A program made the translations under genes and the position numbers. Positions 37,234 to 51,100 of a stretch of 64,000 bases of DNA are shown here, piece by piece; the first letter of the stretch is position 1, and each line of letters opens with the position of its first letter. The stretch covers positions 2,979,634 to 3,043,633 of the forward strand of contig FN649726.1 in assembly GCA_000310025.1 (NCBI GenBank). The letters run 5' to 3'. The notes beneath the pieces are model-generated. The model searched no databases. It was not told where the DNA came from and worked only from the letters and a program-made list of their open reading frames with translations. Source of the stretch: Ectocarpus siliculosus (lineage: Eukaryota).

Positions 37234-37854
37234 ACCGTGGATGGCTCAGAATTCGTGAATTGCCGTCCCAAAAGTCTCTTTCTTGCCATTTGGGTTTAAT
37301 ACACGAACACGTTTGTGCCTTCGGTTCCGCACTGAAGAAAGAAGATGGGGGTTGTCAGGCGTCAAGACAAGTCGTTTTTCTTGTGGAGACCCAGCCCCTC
37401 GCTCCCGGGGTCCCCGGTGCCCCCGCGTCGGGGGACAGGGGGGACCGGGGGGGGGGGGGGGGGCGCTACTGTCTTGCCCGACGGTACTTGGACTACTCAC
37501 TCGCTGCACGGCCATAGGTTTGGTGCCGCGCGGGCCCTTCCTCGCCCCCGTACTTGACGGACCACGTAGACCTTTCTGCAGATGTAAAGTATATGTGAAT
37601 CCTTAAACATCCGTCTGTTGGTTCTGTGTTGTTTCACCCCAAGAAACACTCTTTGCCGACGCGAAAACCTGATTTTTTTTTGTGTCTTGTTTCTTGTGTG
37701 GGCTGGGTGTTTTTCTTTCTTGCGCTGTTCCGTGGTTAAGGGCGAGCTACCGCCGACGATAAACTACGAAACGCCGGACCCCGAGTGCGATCTCCGCATC
37801 TTCAAGGAGAAGGTTAAGGTGGACAGAGTCAAGGGGGCCCTCAGTTCGAACCTG
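26951..37854 (+). CDS. fabF: Plastid 3-oxoacyl-ACP synthase II (KAS II / FabF) with bipartite signal plus transit peptide; one internal exon and the last exon are missing in N gaps
   Basis: Exons 26951-27079, ~29408-29659, 30519-30671, 31494-31562, 31942-32100, 33111-33211, 34213-34294, 35047-35186, 36825-36897, 37741-37854. Motifs: [10 protein letters not shown], catalytic [68 protein letters not shown]. The N-terminus [20 protein letters not shown] resembles the heterokont ASAFAP plastid motif. Confidence 0.93.
31351..31439 (+). repeat. Copy of the (GT)n-linked dispersed repeat
   Basis: TTATTAGCATCGACCGCGCTAACCGGCTGACCAATGAAAAGACGTCAGTCTCAGTGCGGTTGAAAACACAAAATACTTCAATAGGCCAT, preceded by (TG)n. 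Confidence 0.85.
32288..33003. repeat. Degenerate minisatellite, ~21-25-bp unit (GTTGTCAACGATCCTAATTTC-like), roughly 30 copies, intronic
   Basis: Recurrent GTTG(T/C)CAACGATCC core followed by T-rich linkers. It produces the repetitive VVNDP ORFs in the track. Confidence 0.9.
35262..35760 (+). repeat. Tandem cluster of a (GT)n-headed dispersed repeat (TTATTAGCATCGACCGCGCTAACCGGCTGACCAATGAA...CGTCAGTCTCAGTGC...)
   Basis: Four full or partial units at 35281, 35359, 35452 and 35572. Other copies at 31351-31439, 34920-34985, 55749-55820, and on the minus strand at 46330-46513 and 46182-46252. Confidence 0.85.
36389..36744 (+). repeat. Telomere-like minisatellite (TTAGGG-TTAG-TTAGAG, 16-bp unit) split by the MITE, in a KAS II intron
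   Basis: GGGTTAGTTAGAGTTA units at 36389-36438 and 36656-36744, including one TTAGGGTTAGGG. Confidence 0.85.
36439..36655. mobile_element. 217-bp MITE (non-autonomous Tc1/mariner/pogo-like DNA transposon) with ~53-bp TIRs and TA target duplication
   Basis: Left end CCGTATATGACACAAGATAACACACCCCCT-GGACCGATTTTCAAAGCTCGATT; right end AATCGAGCTTTGAAAATCGGCCAAGGGGGTGTGTTATCTTGTGTCATATACGG. Flanked by TA at 36437-36438 and 36656-36657. No coding capacity. Confidence 0.88.
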
Positions 37855-40800
37855 GTGAGGAAAAAAAAAGAAGAAAAAAATGTAGAACATGCAAACAGCA
37901 GCGGTGATGAGAGGCCGGCAGAGATGGCAACAGAGGCACAAGGGCTACATCTAGTTATTTCGCAGCCTGCGTTCGACCCGAGCGCGCCCGCAGTACCCAT
38001 CGCGATCCGGTCGACGTCTCTGGATGAACGTGTTAGCTTCCGGTTGATTGATTCTACACGTGACGTAGAGAGGCGCTGACCAATGACTGGGGTATGGGTC
38101 GCCGCCTTTGTGCTGTTTTATTGTCGATCAGCGTCTCTTGTTTGTGCGATTAGGGGGGTGAGGTCAGACGCCATACCCGGGAATGGAGGGCGGACGGGGC
38201 CTGGAGTATGGAATTGCCGCCGGTGTGTTTGTCCGCTGGCCGTCACCGTTGATGTGGGGGCGATACCGATGCCGATGCCGATGCCGACGCCGGTGGTTGC
38301 TTCTTGTAGTGCCGCTCGGTGCGCTTCCCTTGCGGGGGGTGACCCCGGCTATCGTTGCTGATTACGTTTGTCGTGCTTCGTCTTCCTCTGTCTCTCGGTC
38401 TCTCTGTCTCCCCCCCCCCACCACCCCCCCCCTTTTTTTTTCTCCCCCCCTTTTTTTGGTTTTCCCTCTCCCCAACNNNNNNNNNNNNNNNNNNNNNNNN
38501 NNNNNNNNNNNNNNNNNNNNNNNNNNNNNNNNNNNNNNNNNNNNNNNNNNNNNNNNNNNNNNNNNNNNNNNNNNNNNNNNNNNNNNNNNNNNNNNNNNNN
38601 NNNNNNNNNNNNNNNNNNNNNNNNNNNNNNNNNNNNNNNNNNNNNNNNNNNNNNNNNNNNNNNNNNNNNNNNNNNNNNNNNNNNNNNNNNNNNNNNNNNN
38701 NNNNNNNNNNNNNNNNNNNNNNNNNNNNNNNNNNNNNNNNNNNNNNNNNNNNNNNNNNNNNNNNNNNNNNNNNNNNNNNNNNNNNNNNNNNNNNNNNNNN
38801 NNNNNNNNNNNNNNNNNNNNNNNNNNNNNNNNNNNNNNNNNNNNNNNNNNNNNNNNNNNNNNNNNNNNNNNNNNNNNNNNNNNNNNNNNNNNNNNNNNNN
38901 NNNNNNNNNNNNNNNNNNNNNNNNNNNNNNNNNNNNNNNNNNNNNNNNNNNNNNNNNNNNNNNNNNNNNNNNNNNNNNNNNNNNNNNNNNNNNNNNNNNN
39001 NNNNNNNNNNNNNNNNNNNNNNNNNNNNNNNNNNNNNNNNNNNNNNNNNNNNNNNNNNNNNNNNNNNNNNNNNNNNNNNNNNNNNNNNNNNNNNNNNNNN
39101 NNNNNNNNNNNNNNNNNNNNNNNNNNNNNNNNNNNNNNNNNNNNNNNNNNNNNNNNNNNNNNNNNNNNNNNNNNNNNNNNNNNNNNNNNNNNNNNNNNNN
39201 NNNNNNNNNNNNNNNNNNNNNNNNNNNNNNNNNNNNNNNNNNNNNNNNNNNNNNNNNNGATCAATTGTTATAGTTAGACGAGCATCCGGCTTCCAGTGAG
39301 GAGAAAAAGAAGAGGGGGGGGGGTCAAGGTTTAAAGGTCACCACACCACACGGGGGGGCGGGGGGGGGGGCAGCAGGAAGACATGTACCACCATCTGTGG
39401 GGGTTGATTGCGCTTGTGAGGGCGTTCGCAGCAGCGGTGGCGTGCGTTTCCCCTAGGACAGTGGAGGGCTGGTTGTTTACCACCTACCTGTGTCACTGCT
39501 CCTACCTGTCTCCACGTTGACGACCAAAATTTGGGTATTATTTGATGAAGACTACCGTAATGAGTCAGCATTCAGGCACTGCGAGGCGGTCGTGCGAACA
39601 CCTCCATGAAGTGAAGCGGCTATGGTTGACCGAGGCTTTTATGTGCGCCAGCCACAACAGCAGCGTGTTGCATCTGTGGTCGAAGAAACTGCTCTCGCAC
39701 ACGAAACGCTCACGTGGGGGGGTTTAGAGGCGAGGGTGTTGGCACCACAGACGCCATCATCGGGAAAGAGCGCTCGGTGTCTGGCTACAGCAGTGTGTAC
39801 ATGGTGTCCATGCCATAATCACAGTTAGCGTCGGGGTTTGAGATGTACAAACGAGGCTTGGGGGCGCCGATGAAGACAACGTGTGTTTAGACTACTACTA
39901 GTAAATTTTGGCATGCTATCGACGCAGAACGCATTATTTTTTGCGTTGTGTTGACCTCGGGGGGGGATTGCGGAGGCGACCGATCTATCGATTGGTGATT
40001 CGTTTATCGTGGCGCCCAGATATGTGTTCGTGTCACGTAGTGATATGGATGTGGCTCCGTAATCAGAGCCAGAACCATCACAGGTTCGCCGCGATGAGCC
40101 TGGGAGTGACAGACAGCCCTCTCTTTGTTGTCAATGACTGTGTCTGCTGTTGCGGGATACGGGGGGGGGAGGTAGTTCAGAGCGCGCGACGTTCAATGAA
40201 ACAACAACAGTCGGCACGTTGCGTTTTCTGTTTGCCGTTACGGGTAGCGAAAGCCGTCTTACTTTGCGACGCTGCTGTGCCCAAATGTTTCGGTTGCCAC
40301 GCTCTCTCTCTCTCTCTCTCTCCTCCTCTCTTTGGTTGGCACATTTTTATTTTTCCGTGCGTTCCTGGTAACGACAAGTTGAACGGGCGCTGTTGATGAC
40401 TGAGATATATTTTTTTAAGCGTGGAAAAAATATATATTTTTTTTTCCGGCGGGGCTGTGCGCGAAGGATACAGCAACACCTGCCTGCGGGTGGGTGTAGT
40501 AAGAGGTCATGACGGATTTGTTGATGCCGAGACAGCACTTTCTTTGCACGTGTAATGAAATGGTTACAAAGTTTTCAGCAAGGAATACGAATTGCTTGTA
40601 GACGGCACCTAGGCAAGCGTCCGGTACGATGGCGTGGTGCACGGTGGTGCATGAAATAAGTGATCCGAATGGTCCGTGTCCGGCGGCCAGAAGAAGAACG
40701 TCGACACATCATTGCCGTGACTGCTTCTTCCCNNNNNNNNNNNNNNNNNNNNNNNNNNNNNNNNNNNNNNNNNNNNNNNNNNNNNNNNNNNNNNNNNNNN

Positions 40801-42515
40801 NNNNNNNNNNNNNNNNNNNNNNNNNNNNNNNNAGAGTTTGGCTGCTGCGAAACAGATTGGAACGGTTTATTTCGCGGTAGTCGTGACATGGTCGTGTCGA
40901 TCATCATGTGGGTTATCTCCTCTCGGAATAAGCAAGCACACAGGGACGGAAGGTACCATCTACCAGTTTTGATCGATCGCTCTGTGCCCGTCCCCGGAGA
41001 GACGGCAAGTTTGGCGTAAAACCGACAACAGCTTAATATATTTTTTCCCGAAAGATTTCAACGATTCGAACGACGACGCGATGCACGCAAGAGATACTAG
41101 TACATGTAGAAGTTGCCTGCCCGCAAATTTCTCGTGTTGAATTCATTGTTGTTAGTTAGAGAGGGGGACATTTGTGAGCAAAACGCGCTTTGAAGACTAC
41201 AAGGTGTGGTTTTTTCTGCACCACACACAGACACATAGCCTCCACCACGACGCCCCCTCACGGAGTCCGAGAGAATGGCCTTCAACCATTTTCTGTTTTC
41301 AACCGCACTCAGACTAACGTCGTCTTTTCATTTGAGTGTTCAGCCGATTCGATGGAAATAGTAAAGACACAAACAGCTTACACCCGCAGAACTTCAACTC
41401 AAAATACTGGGGCAGGGTGAACCAGCCAACCCATCAACATCGTCATCTATGACCTCCCATATCAAGCCGGAAATAGTAGTCCTGCCGCGCACCATGAATG
41501 GATTTGATCACTTTCCCCCCTGGATAGCGCCACCTCCCGTCTTTCGCCATCCAGCTCCTACAAAAGGCTAATGATACTCAAAATATTACCAATTTTTAGC
41601 CGAGTGACAAGACCACACATCAAATGGTAAATAAATCCTAGCAGTCATCATCACACGGGCAGACAAACACGAAATGCGGCCATTTGACGATAGTAGAAAA
41701 ACTCTTTGTGCCAAAAACCAACGATTGTATTTGATTGAATGTATAGTACAGCACAGCACCAAACACCTGTTATACCCCCCCAACACCAAAATTCAATCAA
41801 TTAATTTATACATGACGCATCCATCCGTCACACAGTCAGCTGTCAAGCTTTCGTAGCAACGCATGCTGCATCGGACCGACGTTTTTCGGACATGCTGCCA
41901 GCCAGGTCCTATGCATCGTGCACGGCTCTTGTCTCTTTTTCCGAGTGAAAATCGCAACCAGCAACGCCTGTTTCGAACGCAAAAGAAACAAGAACGTGTA
42001 CAGGCACCTACCGTCGGTCCCATGTTACTCCGCATGAAACTCTTGCTACACATGCCATGGCAAAGAATCTTGAGCACGTCTTTTGGTTTTCGGACGTTTC
42101 TCCTCATAGCAGTCCAAATAAAAAAAAAGTGACGAAAAGGGTATCAGAATCTTCGCTGCTGAAGAGGGAAAACACAAACAAATCGTACTACAGACCATAC
42201 CACAACTTTCTGGTGTTTAAGCAGAATGAGAAAAAATAGATCTGCGCAACCATCCTGAAGAAATCCTCACGACGTGTGCGTGCCACCCACTAACCGGGAA
42301 CTTCTTTCAGTTGAAGATGGACAGAGGGCATAAAGGTGAATCACGTGACCGTTGCCTAGGCTACGTGCCGAGTAGGTGAAAACGAGCCAGCTGTTGATAC
42401 CACCCCCCCACACACACAAAACAAAATCGAAACGCGTTGGACGGCAAGCCCCCAGGGCGTGTGCCCGCCTCCCCCCAATACAGACGCACCCCGTTTCTCG
42501 CACGTTGCTGGTTGT

Positions 42516-42551
<36 letters not shown>

Positions 42552-43431
42552 GCGCTGTCCGCCACTCGCCTCAGTCAAGCCGCTCTTCCTTTCTACTTCA
42601 CAAGACATGCAGATCATGTTCTGAAACCACGAGCTACGCACGTACGCATGACCTAGGATGCGGAACAAAAAAGCGAAGCAAGAAGCAAGCAACTCGAGAG
42701 GAGAGAAAGACCTGCACCCGTTCCGGCCACCAGAGGAGCCTCGAGCATACGCATCGAGATGACGCACAGGTCAGCACAAAAGCATGCTACAGCTATGCTG
42801 GCCCCGGACCAAACACAGCCAGCCGCCGTTGTCGGTAAGACTAGTCCTAAGTGACGGGAGGGTAAAACTAAACAAATACGAAGCATAATAAAACAACAGT
42901 AGTAACACCCTCAATGCTGTCACCACGGCTGCTGGTTGTGTCTGCTATGCATAGCCTGCATGCTTCCCAAGTGCCTGATGCTTTACATCATCGCACGCCG
43001 CGCCTGAAATCCTGATATCTGCTCTCGTTTCTCACACGTAATTACACCCGTCGATCTTTCCTTTTTTCTTGTCCTTCTCTACGGAACACCCCTTGTTTCC
43101 ATGAAAAACTTGAAAGACAAGGGTACCCGCGCCATTTCACACGATGCAATCCAAGCTCACTCCCCAGTGGCAGGCGCTCTGGCCGTAGCATTGCTCCGCA
43201 CCAACAAGGGGAGAGAGTACAAACAAAGGCCCACACCATCACGCGGTTGGCACTTATAGTAATTATCCTACCTCCCCTGCCAACACAAAGTACACGTGAA
43301 CATACAAAGGGTACCAAAGAGCAACACAAAAGTTTACTCCCAAACGAAAAACGGGACAAAACAAAACAACACAAAACCTGACGTCCTTACAACAACAAAA
43401 AAAGCGCCAGCGATTCACTGACTGCTGCTTG

Positions 43432-46400
43432 TCACAGTTCTCCCCCGCGGGCCCCTGTCGACTCCGGGGATGAAAAATCCTGCCCTTCCTGCAGCCCCCC
43501 GCCGCGCCCGCCCCCTCTCTGGCCTGTCGCGAAACCCCGACTCGCAACGGCCGCCGGCGTGGGGATGCTGTTCGGCCGCAACCCCGGCGCCAGCGGGTTC
43601 ATGATGCCCCACGACGGAGGACGCAGCTCTTCCTCGAATGTAGGAGCTTTTTGCGCGTTGCCGCAATAGNNNNNNNNNNNNNNNNNNNNNNNNNNNNNNN
43701 NNNNNNNNNNNNNNNNNNNNNNNNNNNNNNNNNNNNNNNNNNNNNNNNNNNNNNNNNNNNNNNNNNNNNCCCCCGGCCCCGGGGGTTTCTTGTTCCCCCC
43801 CCCCCCGCCCCCGGCGGCGGGGCCCCGGATCCCCGACAAGGGTCCCCCCACCCCGGGGGGCCCCCCGCGGGCGCCTCCCGGTTCCGCCCCTCCCAAGTGC
43901 ACGCGTCCCACCATGACCCCTGTCCCCGGTGGGTTTCCCAACACCCCCCCCCCGCCGCCGTCAGGGAGACCGCCCCCGGGGGCGGCGGGTGGCACGGCGG
44001 TGGGATTCCACCCGGGCCCCACGCCCAAAACGCCTCCGCCGCCGCCGCCGCAGAGCCCACCGCCGTCGGCACCCCCCCCCCCGCACGCGGTGTGAGGGGG
44101 CAGGTCGTTCACCCCCATGTCCATGTGGCTGTGGTGGCTGTAGATGCCACCGCCGGGCGTGGGCGTGGTGTCCATCTTGCTCGAGTAGCCGCTGAAGGTG
44201 ATGCTGCAGCCCTCCTCCTTGTTGTTGTTGCCGCTGCTGTCTTCGAAGCAGCCCCTTACTCTGCGGGCTGTTCTGAAAGGGGGGTCCTGGATCATGTCTT
44301 CGGACGGCGGGACTTTCCCTCGGTAGGTCGCCTGGATATCGTAGGTCGTATGTTTTTGGCGGTGACGTTTTCGGTTGTTGTTGTTGTGGTGGTGGTGGTG
44401 GTTGTTGTTGTTGGCATCGCCGGGTGGTGGGGAAGGTAGCCAAGAACCACGCAAGACAGGCAAAGGAACACGGGCAGCATAGGTACGGGGCAAGCAAGCA
44501 GACATGGGCGGTGTTTTAGACAATTAAATTTGAAGGAGGAGAGGAAGTTGGACGTTCTGTCTGTCAGGAGACAGAACCGAACCGAAACACACGGGTGATG
44601 CCATGGTGACAGGATTTGCCTATTGAACTAACTGTCGGCGGTCCCAAGATCAACACCAATCCACAGTCGGCCGCACTCCAAGCGGCAGCAGCAGCAGCAG
44701 CAGCAGCAGCAGAAATCCCTCCAACTACAACGCGCACACCCCACTTCATGTCATGACTTATCTGGATCATACGAAAAAGCAAGAACTTGATTGATGGAAC
44801 ACGGGAGACCTCTCCTCGCTCAACCCTGATCCCAATTCACTCCGTCCCCTACCGTCCATCGCCCCCCCCCCCTCTCAACAAAACCGCCGCGACGACACCA
44901 CCAGCAAAAACAGCGTCCACCCACACACCTCCTGTCTTGGAAGCTCGGCCACCGATACGTCTATCTCCGTGACCCCTCTCGAGTGGAGGTACGGGAGGGT
45001 GAACTCGCGCAGCAAGCGGGAGAACAGGAAGTGCGACAGCTCCTCGGCGGTGGAGTGCACCAGCGGCAGCAAGGGGCAGTCATCCTGGACCGCAGCAAGC
45101 AGGTCCGTAGGCAGCAAGCAGCACAGGGGGGGGGGGGGGGGGGGGTCTCCTGTAACCGACAGTACGAGTACGACGACATAGTGCGTTGTTCTGCGGCATT
45201 CGCCGTGATTATGAAAGAGGGTTGGTGCACCCTGGAGGGGTTGGTACCCTAGGGGGTCCCGCCCCCCGCAGATTGTACAGACGATCGTCTCTACAACGTG
45301 CAGCAGACAGCCAATGCCGCCATTGAAACCCTGAAAGACGTGCAAGCATCCACGTTCACGCACTCCAACGGTCGTATCGTGTTGTCCGCTCGCCCGTGCC
45401 GCTGCACAAACACACCAACGAGACAGAGAAAGCATGGCAACACAACAAACGCCCGGCGCAACTTCGATTTACTGATGTCTGGAGCAGTAACGTCAGGCAT
45501 CTTGAATCAAGCAACCAAGCACAACACGCGAGAAAGTCAGTAAGCGAAGGAAGGTAGGCCGGTCGGTGCTTTTTCCTGTCCGGTCTCGATCTTCGAACTT
45601 CATTCTTCCGCCGCTGGTCCTATCTACATCCAGCGATGTCGACAAGGTTTAGGTTTCGGGTTCTCCCTCGGGGGAGTGTCGCCATCGACATCCATCTAGC
45701 TACTATCTCCCGGAGCCATGCGGCGTTGGTAGATACTTGGACTGCCTACGCAAACAGTAAATTAATAAAAGCGAATATTACGACAAGAGACCAGGGAGGG
45801 GGCACGCAGACCGTAACCCTAACCCCAATATAGCCGATTCTATGCCATATTCAGTATGTTTGCTTACTTGGAAAAACCTGCGCAGACTACCGGGGGGAAT
45901 CGATGCCTATTTCATCACACGTCACGTCAAGTGGCAAGAAATTTACATGACAACGTGGGTGTGTGCGTACACGGTGAAAAACACAAGTACGTCGTGCAAA
46001 TAAAAAACAAAAAACAAATCATTTTGTGTGAGCACGTGTGCACACGAAGCAACGCAGGTAAAGACGTCGAATCACACAACGGACGAACTCCCTTTTCTCA
46101 CCCGCGGAAGCACGAAAGTTGCCCCGTCCTGGCAAACAATCACCACCTGTCGGGGGGAACAACGCCCATCACGCACGCGAGCACTTGAGACTGACCACGT
46201 CTTCATCGTCCAGACGGCTATTTTTCTGTGTAGCGCGGTCGATGATGCTATAACAACAAATCTGGCAACAGGTCAGCCAAGCTGCTTTTTTACGTGGTCG
46301 GTGTCGACGGAGGAAACACGCGGATGCACACACGCCTTCTGTTATTGCTACGACATCTGTCGCTAACACGGAGAGCAGCATAGCCTCGCCCATGCCGCCC

Positions 46401-48076
46401 CCTCACGGGGTCCCGAATCGTGGCCTTTCGAAGCATCTTGTGTTTTCAACAGCACTGAGACTGACGTCTTCTTCATTGGCCAGCCGGTTAGTTAGCGAGG
46501 TCGATGCTAATAAATAAGAACACGCGCACGGCGGTTGGACCCACAACGACACGACATCGAAATCACACATACATATTATGTACACTTTTTGCACGGTTAC
46601 CTGAGAGCCCGTGAGGGTGATCTCGAGAGCGTCACTCTCCATGGGGCACAGAAACCGCTCGTTGAGCCCCTTGCACAGCTTCCGCATCACCTGTGTGATA
46701 CGCGCGGGACAAAAAATGAAAGCAACCACGCCAACACAAACCGCACGCACGCACGCATCGCGTTGCGACCGAAACACATGGTGCAGTTAGTGGGGAGCAG
46801 GTCAGTCAGCACGAACAAAAGTCACCCTCTTCTGGCGTCCGTTTGTTTTGTTTGTCTGTCCCCCCCCGTGTCTTGGAGGTTGGAGACTAACCCACGCGTA
46901 CGTACAACGGGGCAGAAAAATCGCTGTGCCATCCAACGGGTTCGTTCGTTATTGTCTGTCGGTGTGGTTGCTGCTGCATCCCGCTGTACACAGAGAAGAA
47001 CAAGGCGAGAAAATCTATCCCAACACGTGCATGCATGCCACAGGGCCGCCGCCAGCACGGGGTTTGTATACCTTACCTTCTTCACAATCCCGAAATCCAC
47101 CACGTAGCCGTCCTCGCAAACCTGCAAACATCAGGAAACAGAAAAACATCCACCGACGGCGGGTTGTATCGCAATCAGCACGGTACAAAAACGGAGGGCA
47201 GGAGGTATGGGTTTCGTCGCCGTGCTCTCACATTACGTTACAATACATTACTTAACATTAAATTTCACTACATTACATGCATCATTACGTAAATGCATAC
47301 ATCACTACGTAACACTACATATTACAATATATATATCACACTACATAACACTACACTACACACTGCAGTACACTATGTAAGTACATGCATCATTACGCTA
47401 AACTACATTACACTAAATCGCAGTACATTACACTAAAGAAGTAGAGGTACATCACATTTACACTACACATTGCAGCTGGGAGGGAACCGACTGCCGAAAG
47501 GGTCGCTCGCCGCGCGGAACGACAAGAACAACCAGAGCAAGAGGAGAGGCCACCCCACCCCCCAACCCCCCCCGTTCCCGGCGTGGGTCTTCCCTTCCCT
47601 TCCCTTCCCATGTTTTAAATAGTTTCTCCTGGGTATACGACTCCCCAAGGCATCTATCTTCGTCCGCGGTCTGGCTTGGCTGCCTGGCTGCTGCAGCCGC
47701 GGCGATTTTTTTCGGGTTCGCGCAGCAATGCGCAATTACCACCAATACAATTGCTTCGGAAAACCCCGAAATGTGTGAAAATCTACAAAAAAACAACCTC
47801 TCAACAGTAATTCCGATATCCGTGTCGGGAGACAAAGACAGCCCAACCGGTGCATCGCCTTCCCCGACACCCCTCTAACATTCCCAACCGCTCCCCCCCC
47901 CCCCCCCCATCCTGAGCGGGACGTAGCACGGGGCCGGCCCCTCCAGCCAGCCAGCTTCGCTCTCCCCCCGTATAAACTCAACACCGAAGGCTCTTTTAAC
48001 TCTTGTCGCACGAAGCATACAGTACCCCTCCACACACGAACGCCTAAACAAAACAAAAAAAACTCTCCCGCTCTCC

Positions 48077-48119
<43 letters not shown>

Positions 48120-51100
48120 CTCCCCCCTGAGCCGCACGCCGCACGAGTAGTTGTGCCCGTGCAGGCGCTCTCTGAACCCATCGAAGGCCACGAAGTGCGA
48201 CGAGCTGAACTTGAAGTCCTCCTTGGCGACGTAGACCTCGAACCGCTCCGGCGCGGGAGCGGCGGCAGTAGCGGCAGCGGCGGCGGCGGCGGCGGCAGAT
48301 TCTGCTCCTGCTGCGGCGGCTTCTGCGGCGGTGGCGGTGTCGTTGTCACCTCCCCGGCGTGCTGTCGGCCGCGAGGCAAGGCAGGACGAAATGCAGGCAA
48401 GAAGATGGGAGACGCCAACGAAAGGGGCGGGGGGGGGGGGGGGGCGTATGCCTTGGCGGTTAGATCGCCGACCGCAGGGGGAGGGGGTGCCAAACAGTTG
48501 GGTCGCAAAAAACTAAAAATCAGGGTCGTACGCTCGTTCGCCGCAGCGGAAAATATAGCATAATAGCAAAACGTGGTGGCCCAAGACCAGGAGCATGCGT
48601 GCAGAGCGCCCAAAGTCATGACCGAAAAATCGACAAAGCATAAACCGGTCGAACGCACCGTACGAGTGTGGGGTGTGTCCATCGGAGGGTTTCAAAATCC
48701 CCATTTTTTTCCAGCGCATGGACAAGAATGGAAGGTATGAACCCTTTCATATCATCACAAGAAAGGGCACGCCGCGGGCAGTGTCTAGACGACCTCTTTA
48801 TCCTTTTGCTTTTTCGTGCCTTCCACGGCTTCAGGCTTCTAGGGTTGACCCACGTCGGCTACGGGGTGGATCGATCTCCCATGTCCTCCGAAAAAAAAGA
48901 ATTCAACCTCGCCACCCCCACCGCCAAAAAAGGCAAAGATCTGTGTGTGTGCAGCCTAGCCGGGCACTTACGACAAGGTCTAGGTTTGCAGGTGGGGGGG
49001 GGGACAGAGACTATGCCCGAGGAACACGAGAGGCAAGTAGCTGCGTTCGCTATTTTTGTCATATGGCCTAAAGGGGAGTATTTCTTATTACGTCTTTCGC
49101 GGTGAGTGGACAACCGGATATCTATGTTGATTGGGGAAACATACACCTAATCCAGGAAAAATCTATATCCTAAGTAGGAGGTAGCTGCTGCTCATAAGCG
49201 CTGGTGCACGACCCTCCCCCCCCGGCCTACTGCCAACACGCATCATGTCTCAGAGAGAGAGAGAGCGAGACAGAGAGGGGCAGAGAGAGAGAGAGAGAGA
49301 GGAAGACGCACGAGTCACCTGTCGCATGTGGTTTTCGCTTTGAGGCCTTGGTCGGTGAGGGGCTCTCACCGTTGCCTCCTCCTCCTCCGTCCCCGGGGCC
49401 GCGGCCGTCTCTGACGCTGCTGCTGCTGCTGCTGCTGCTGGTACCGTCCTTGCCCCTCAACCTCGTCTTCCGAACCAGCCGGCCACTCTGCTTGTCGAGC
49501 GCCATGAGGTCCGCCATGAGCGTCACGTACTCCTTGAGAGGCCGTGGGCAAGGCCTGATCTGCCCGACGCCGCCGACCTTTGGTTTTTGTAGCGCAGGGG
49601 GTGAAAAGAAAAAAAAACAAAAACAGGGAGAACAACGAGGCGTTAGCACCCGGGCTACAGAGCGATAATCCTCGATCCCTCTGGTTGACAGGTCGGGGGG
49701 TTGAGCTTTGTGCACTCACTTACGAACAATAATTTGCCAACCCGATGCTCATCCATTTTTATTAGTTGCTGTGTAGAAGAACTGGTACATAATTAACAAG
49801 ACAAACAAGCGCAGAAGAAGTAAGGCGTGGGGCTGTAGGCGGGTGAGCTGACGTAGGAGATGCTTCAGAGATGGTACTCCAATCGTATGCATAGGCCTAG
49901 GCCAGAACGTACGGTAGAAGGAACCCGACAACACTTAGTTTCTGACTGTTTTCTTTCCGACCACCAAAGATGCAGCCGCTCCCTCTCGTGGTATAACTGC
50001 AGTGTACCATGCATGTATGCACATGCGTGGGGGTGGGGTGGGGAGACCTATCCCGCTTGCTTGTCGACATCATCACCGCCAAAAAAATGCTGTACCTCGT
50101 ACTATAGCTGGTCACTAATTATGTACCAGGATACCAGGATGATGCGACTTGTCTGGTATCCCGGCTGTCGCGGCAATTCTTTCTTTGACAGCGAGATAAC
50201 TCATTGAATTCTGGGCATGGCGTTTGGGTCTGCTACATTTCAGTCCACCACACGTGCACACACATGGTACACCGAATCTTGATATGTACATAATGTTGCA
50301 TGTAATTTATGCATACGCTGTGCACATGTATATACAGGTCCCTTCGTTTTCTCGCTATGCCCGATTTTCCCGTGATAATAGCGTACAATGTAGAGACGAT
50401 GCAAAGAGTGTGGTCCTCTTGTATCCACACGAGAGGGTCGAGGGGGCCGTTGCCACACGACCCTCTAGCATCACACCGGAACCACGACTGCTCTGTGCGG
50501 CGGTAGACGTCAACATGTTTATCAAACACAACGAGTCACTTGGGGTACAACATGCATGTATGTACCATACATGTACTGCTCAACTGCTACCTTATCCGAC
50601 GGCGGCGTATCCTCGAGCGAGGCGAGAACATACGACACATACATACGCGAACAAACATGTACGTAGCAAGCACTGCATGTGGAGATGGATGTGAGAGGAG
50701 TGTGGCACAAGCCTACGTTCGTATACCCTCGATCTTCCCGAGAGGCTCGCACGTGTCGTGTTTTCACTTTACTTCGCCTTTGGAGCAGGTTGCCTGGGGG
50801 GTCTCTGTATCATGAATGAACAACGTTTTGGCGTCACGTGTACATACGTTGTTGGAAACCAACCAGAATCTTTTCTTTCTTGCAATAACCGCTGCAAACC
50901 CGTTGCGTACGCGGTTGCGTGAAAGCCAGCCACTCTGTGTGCGGACGGCACTTCTCCCTTCGCGCTTTGGTCGCGGGGGCGGGGGGCGTGTACGAATCGT
51001 GCAGAGGGGTCATACGAGCGAGTTAAACGGTCTCCCTTGGGAGCCAGCCCTGGGCCGTCTATTCTCCCTCAATAACCGACATACACAGGCTGTTCGTGAA

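Noticed and set aside
35605..39299. Long ORFs spanning N runs
   Set aside because: Artefacts of gaps. The missing KAS II exons most likely lie in the gaps at 37095-37194 and 38477-39258.
39300..43400. Scattered short ORFs between KAS II and the PTPS gene
   Set aside because: No motifs or consistent splice chain. Consistent with convergent long 3' UTRs or intergenic DNA.
45813..45826. TAACCCTAACCC telomere-like motif
   Set aside because: Only two units, which is expected by chance.
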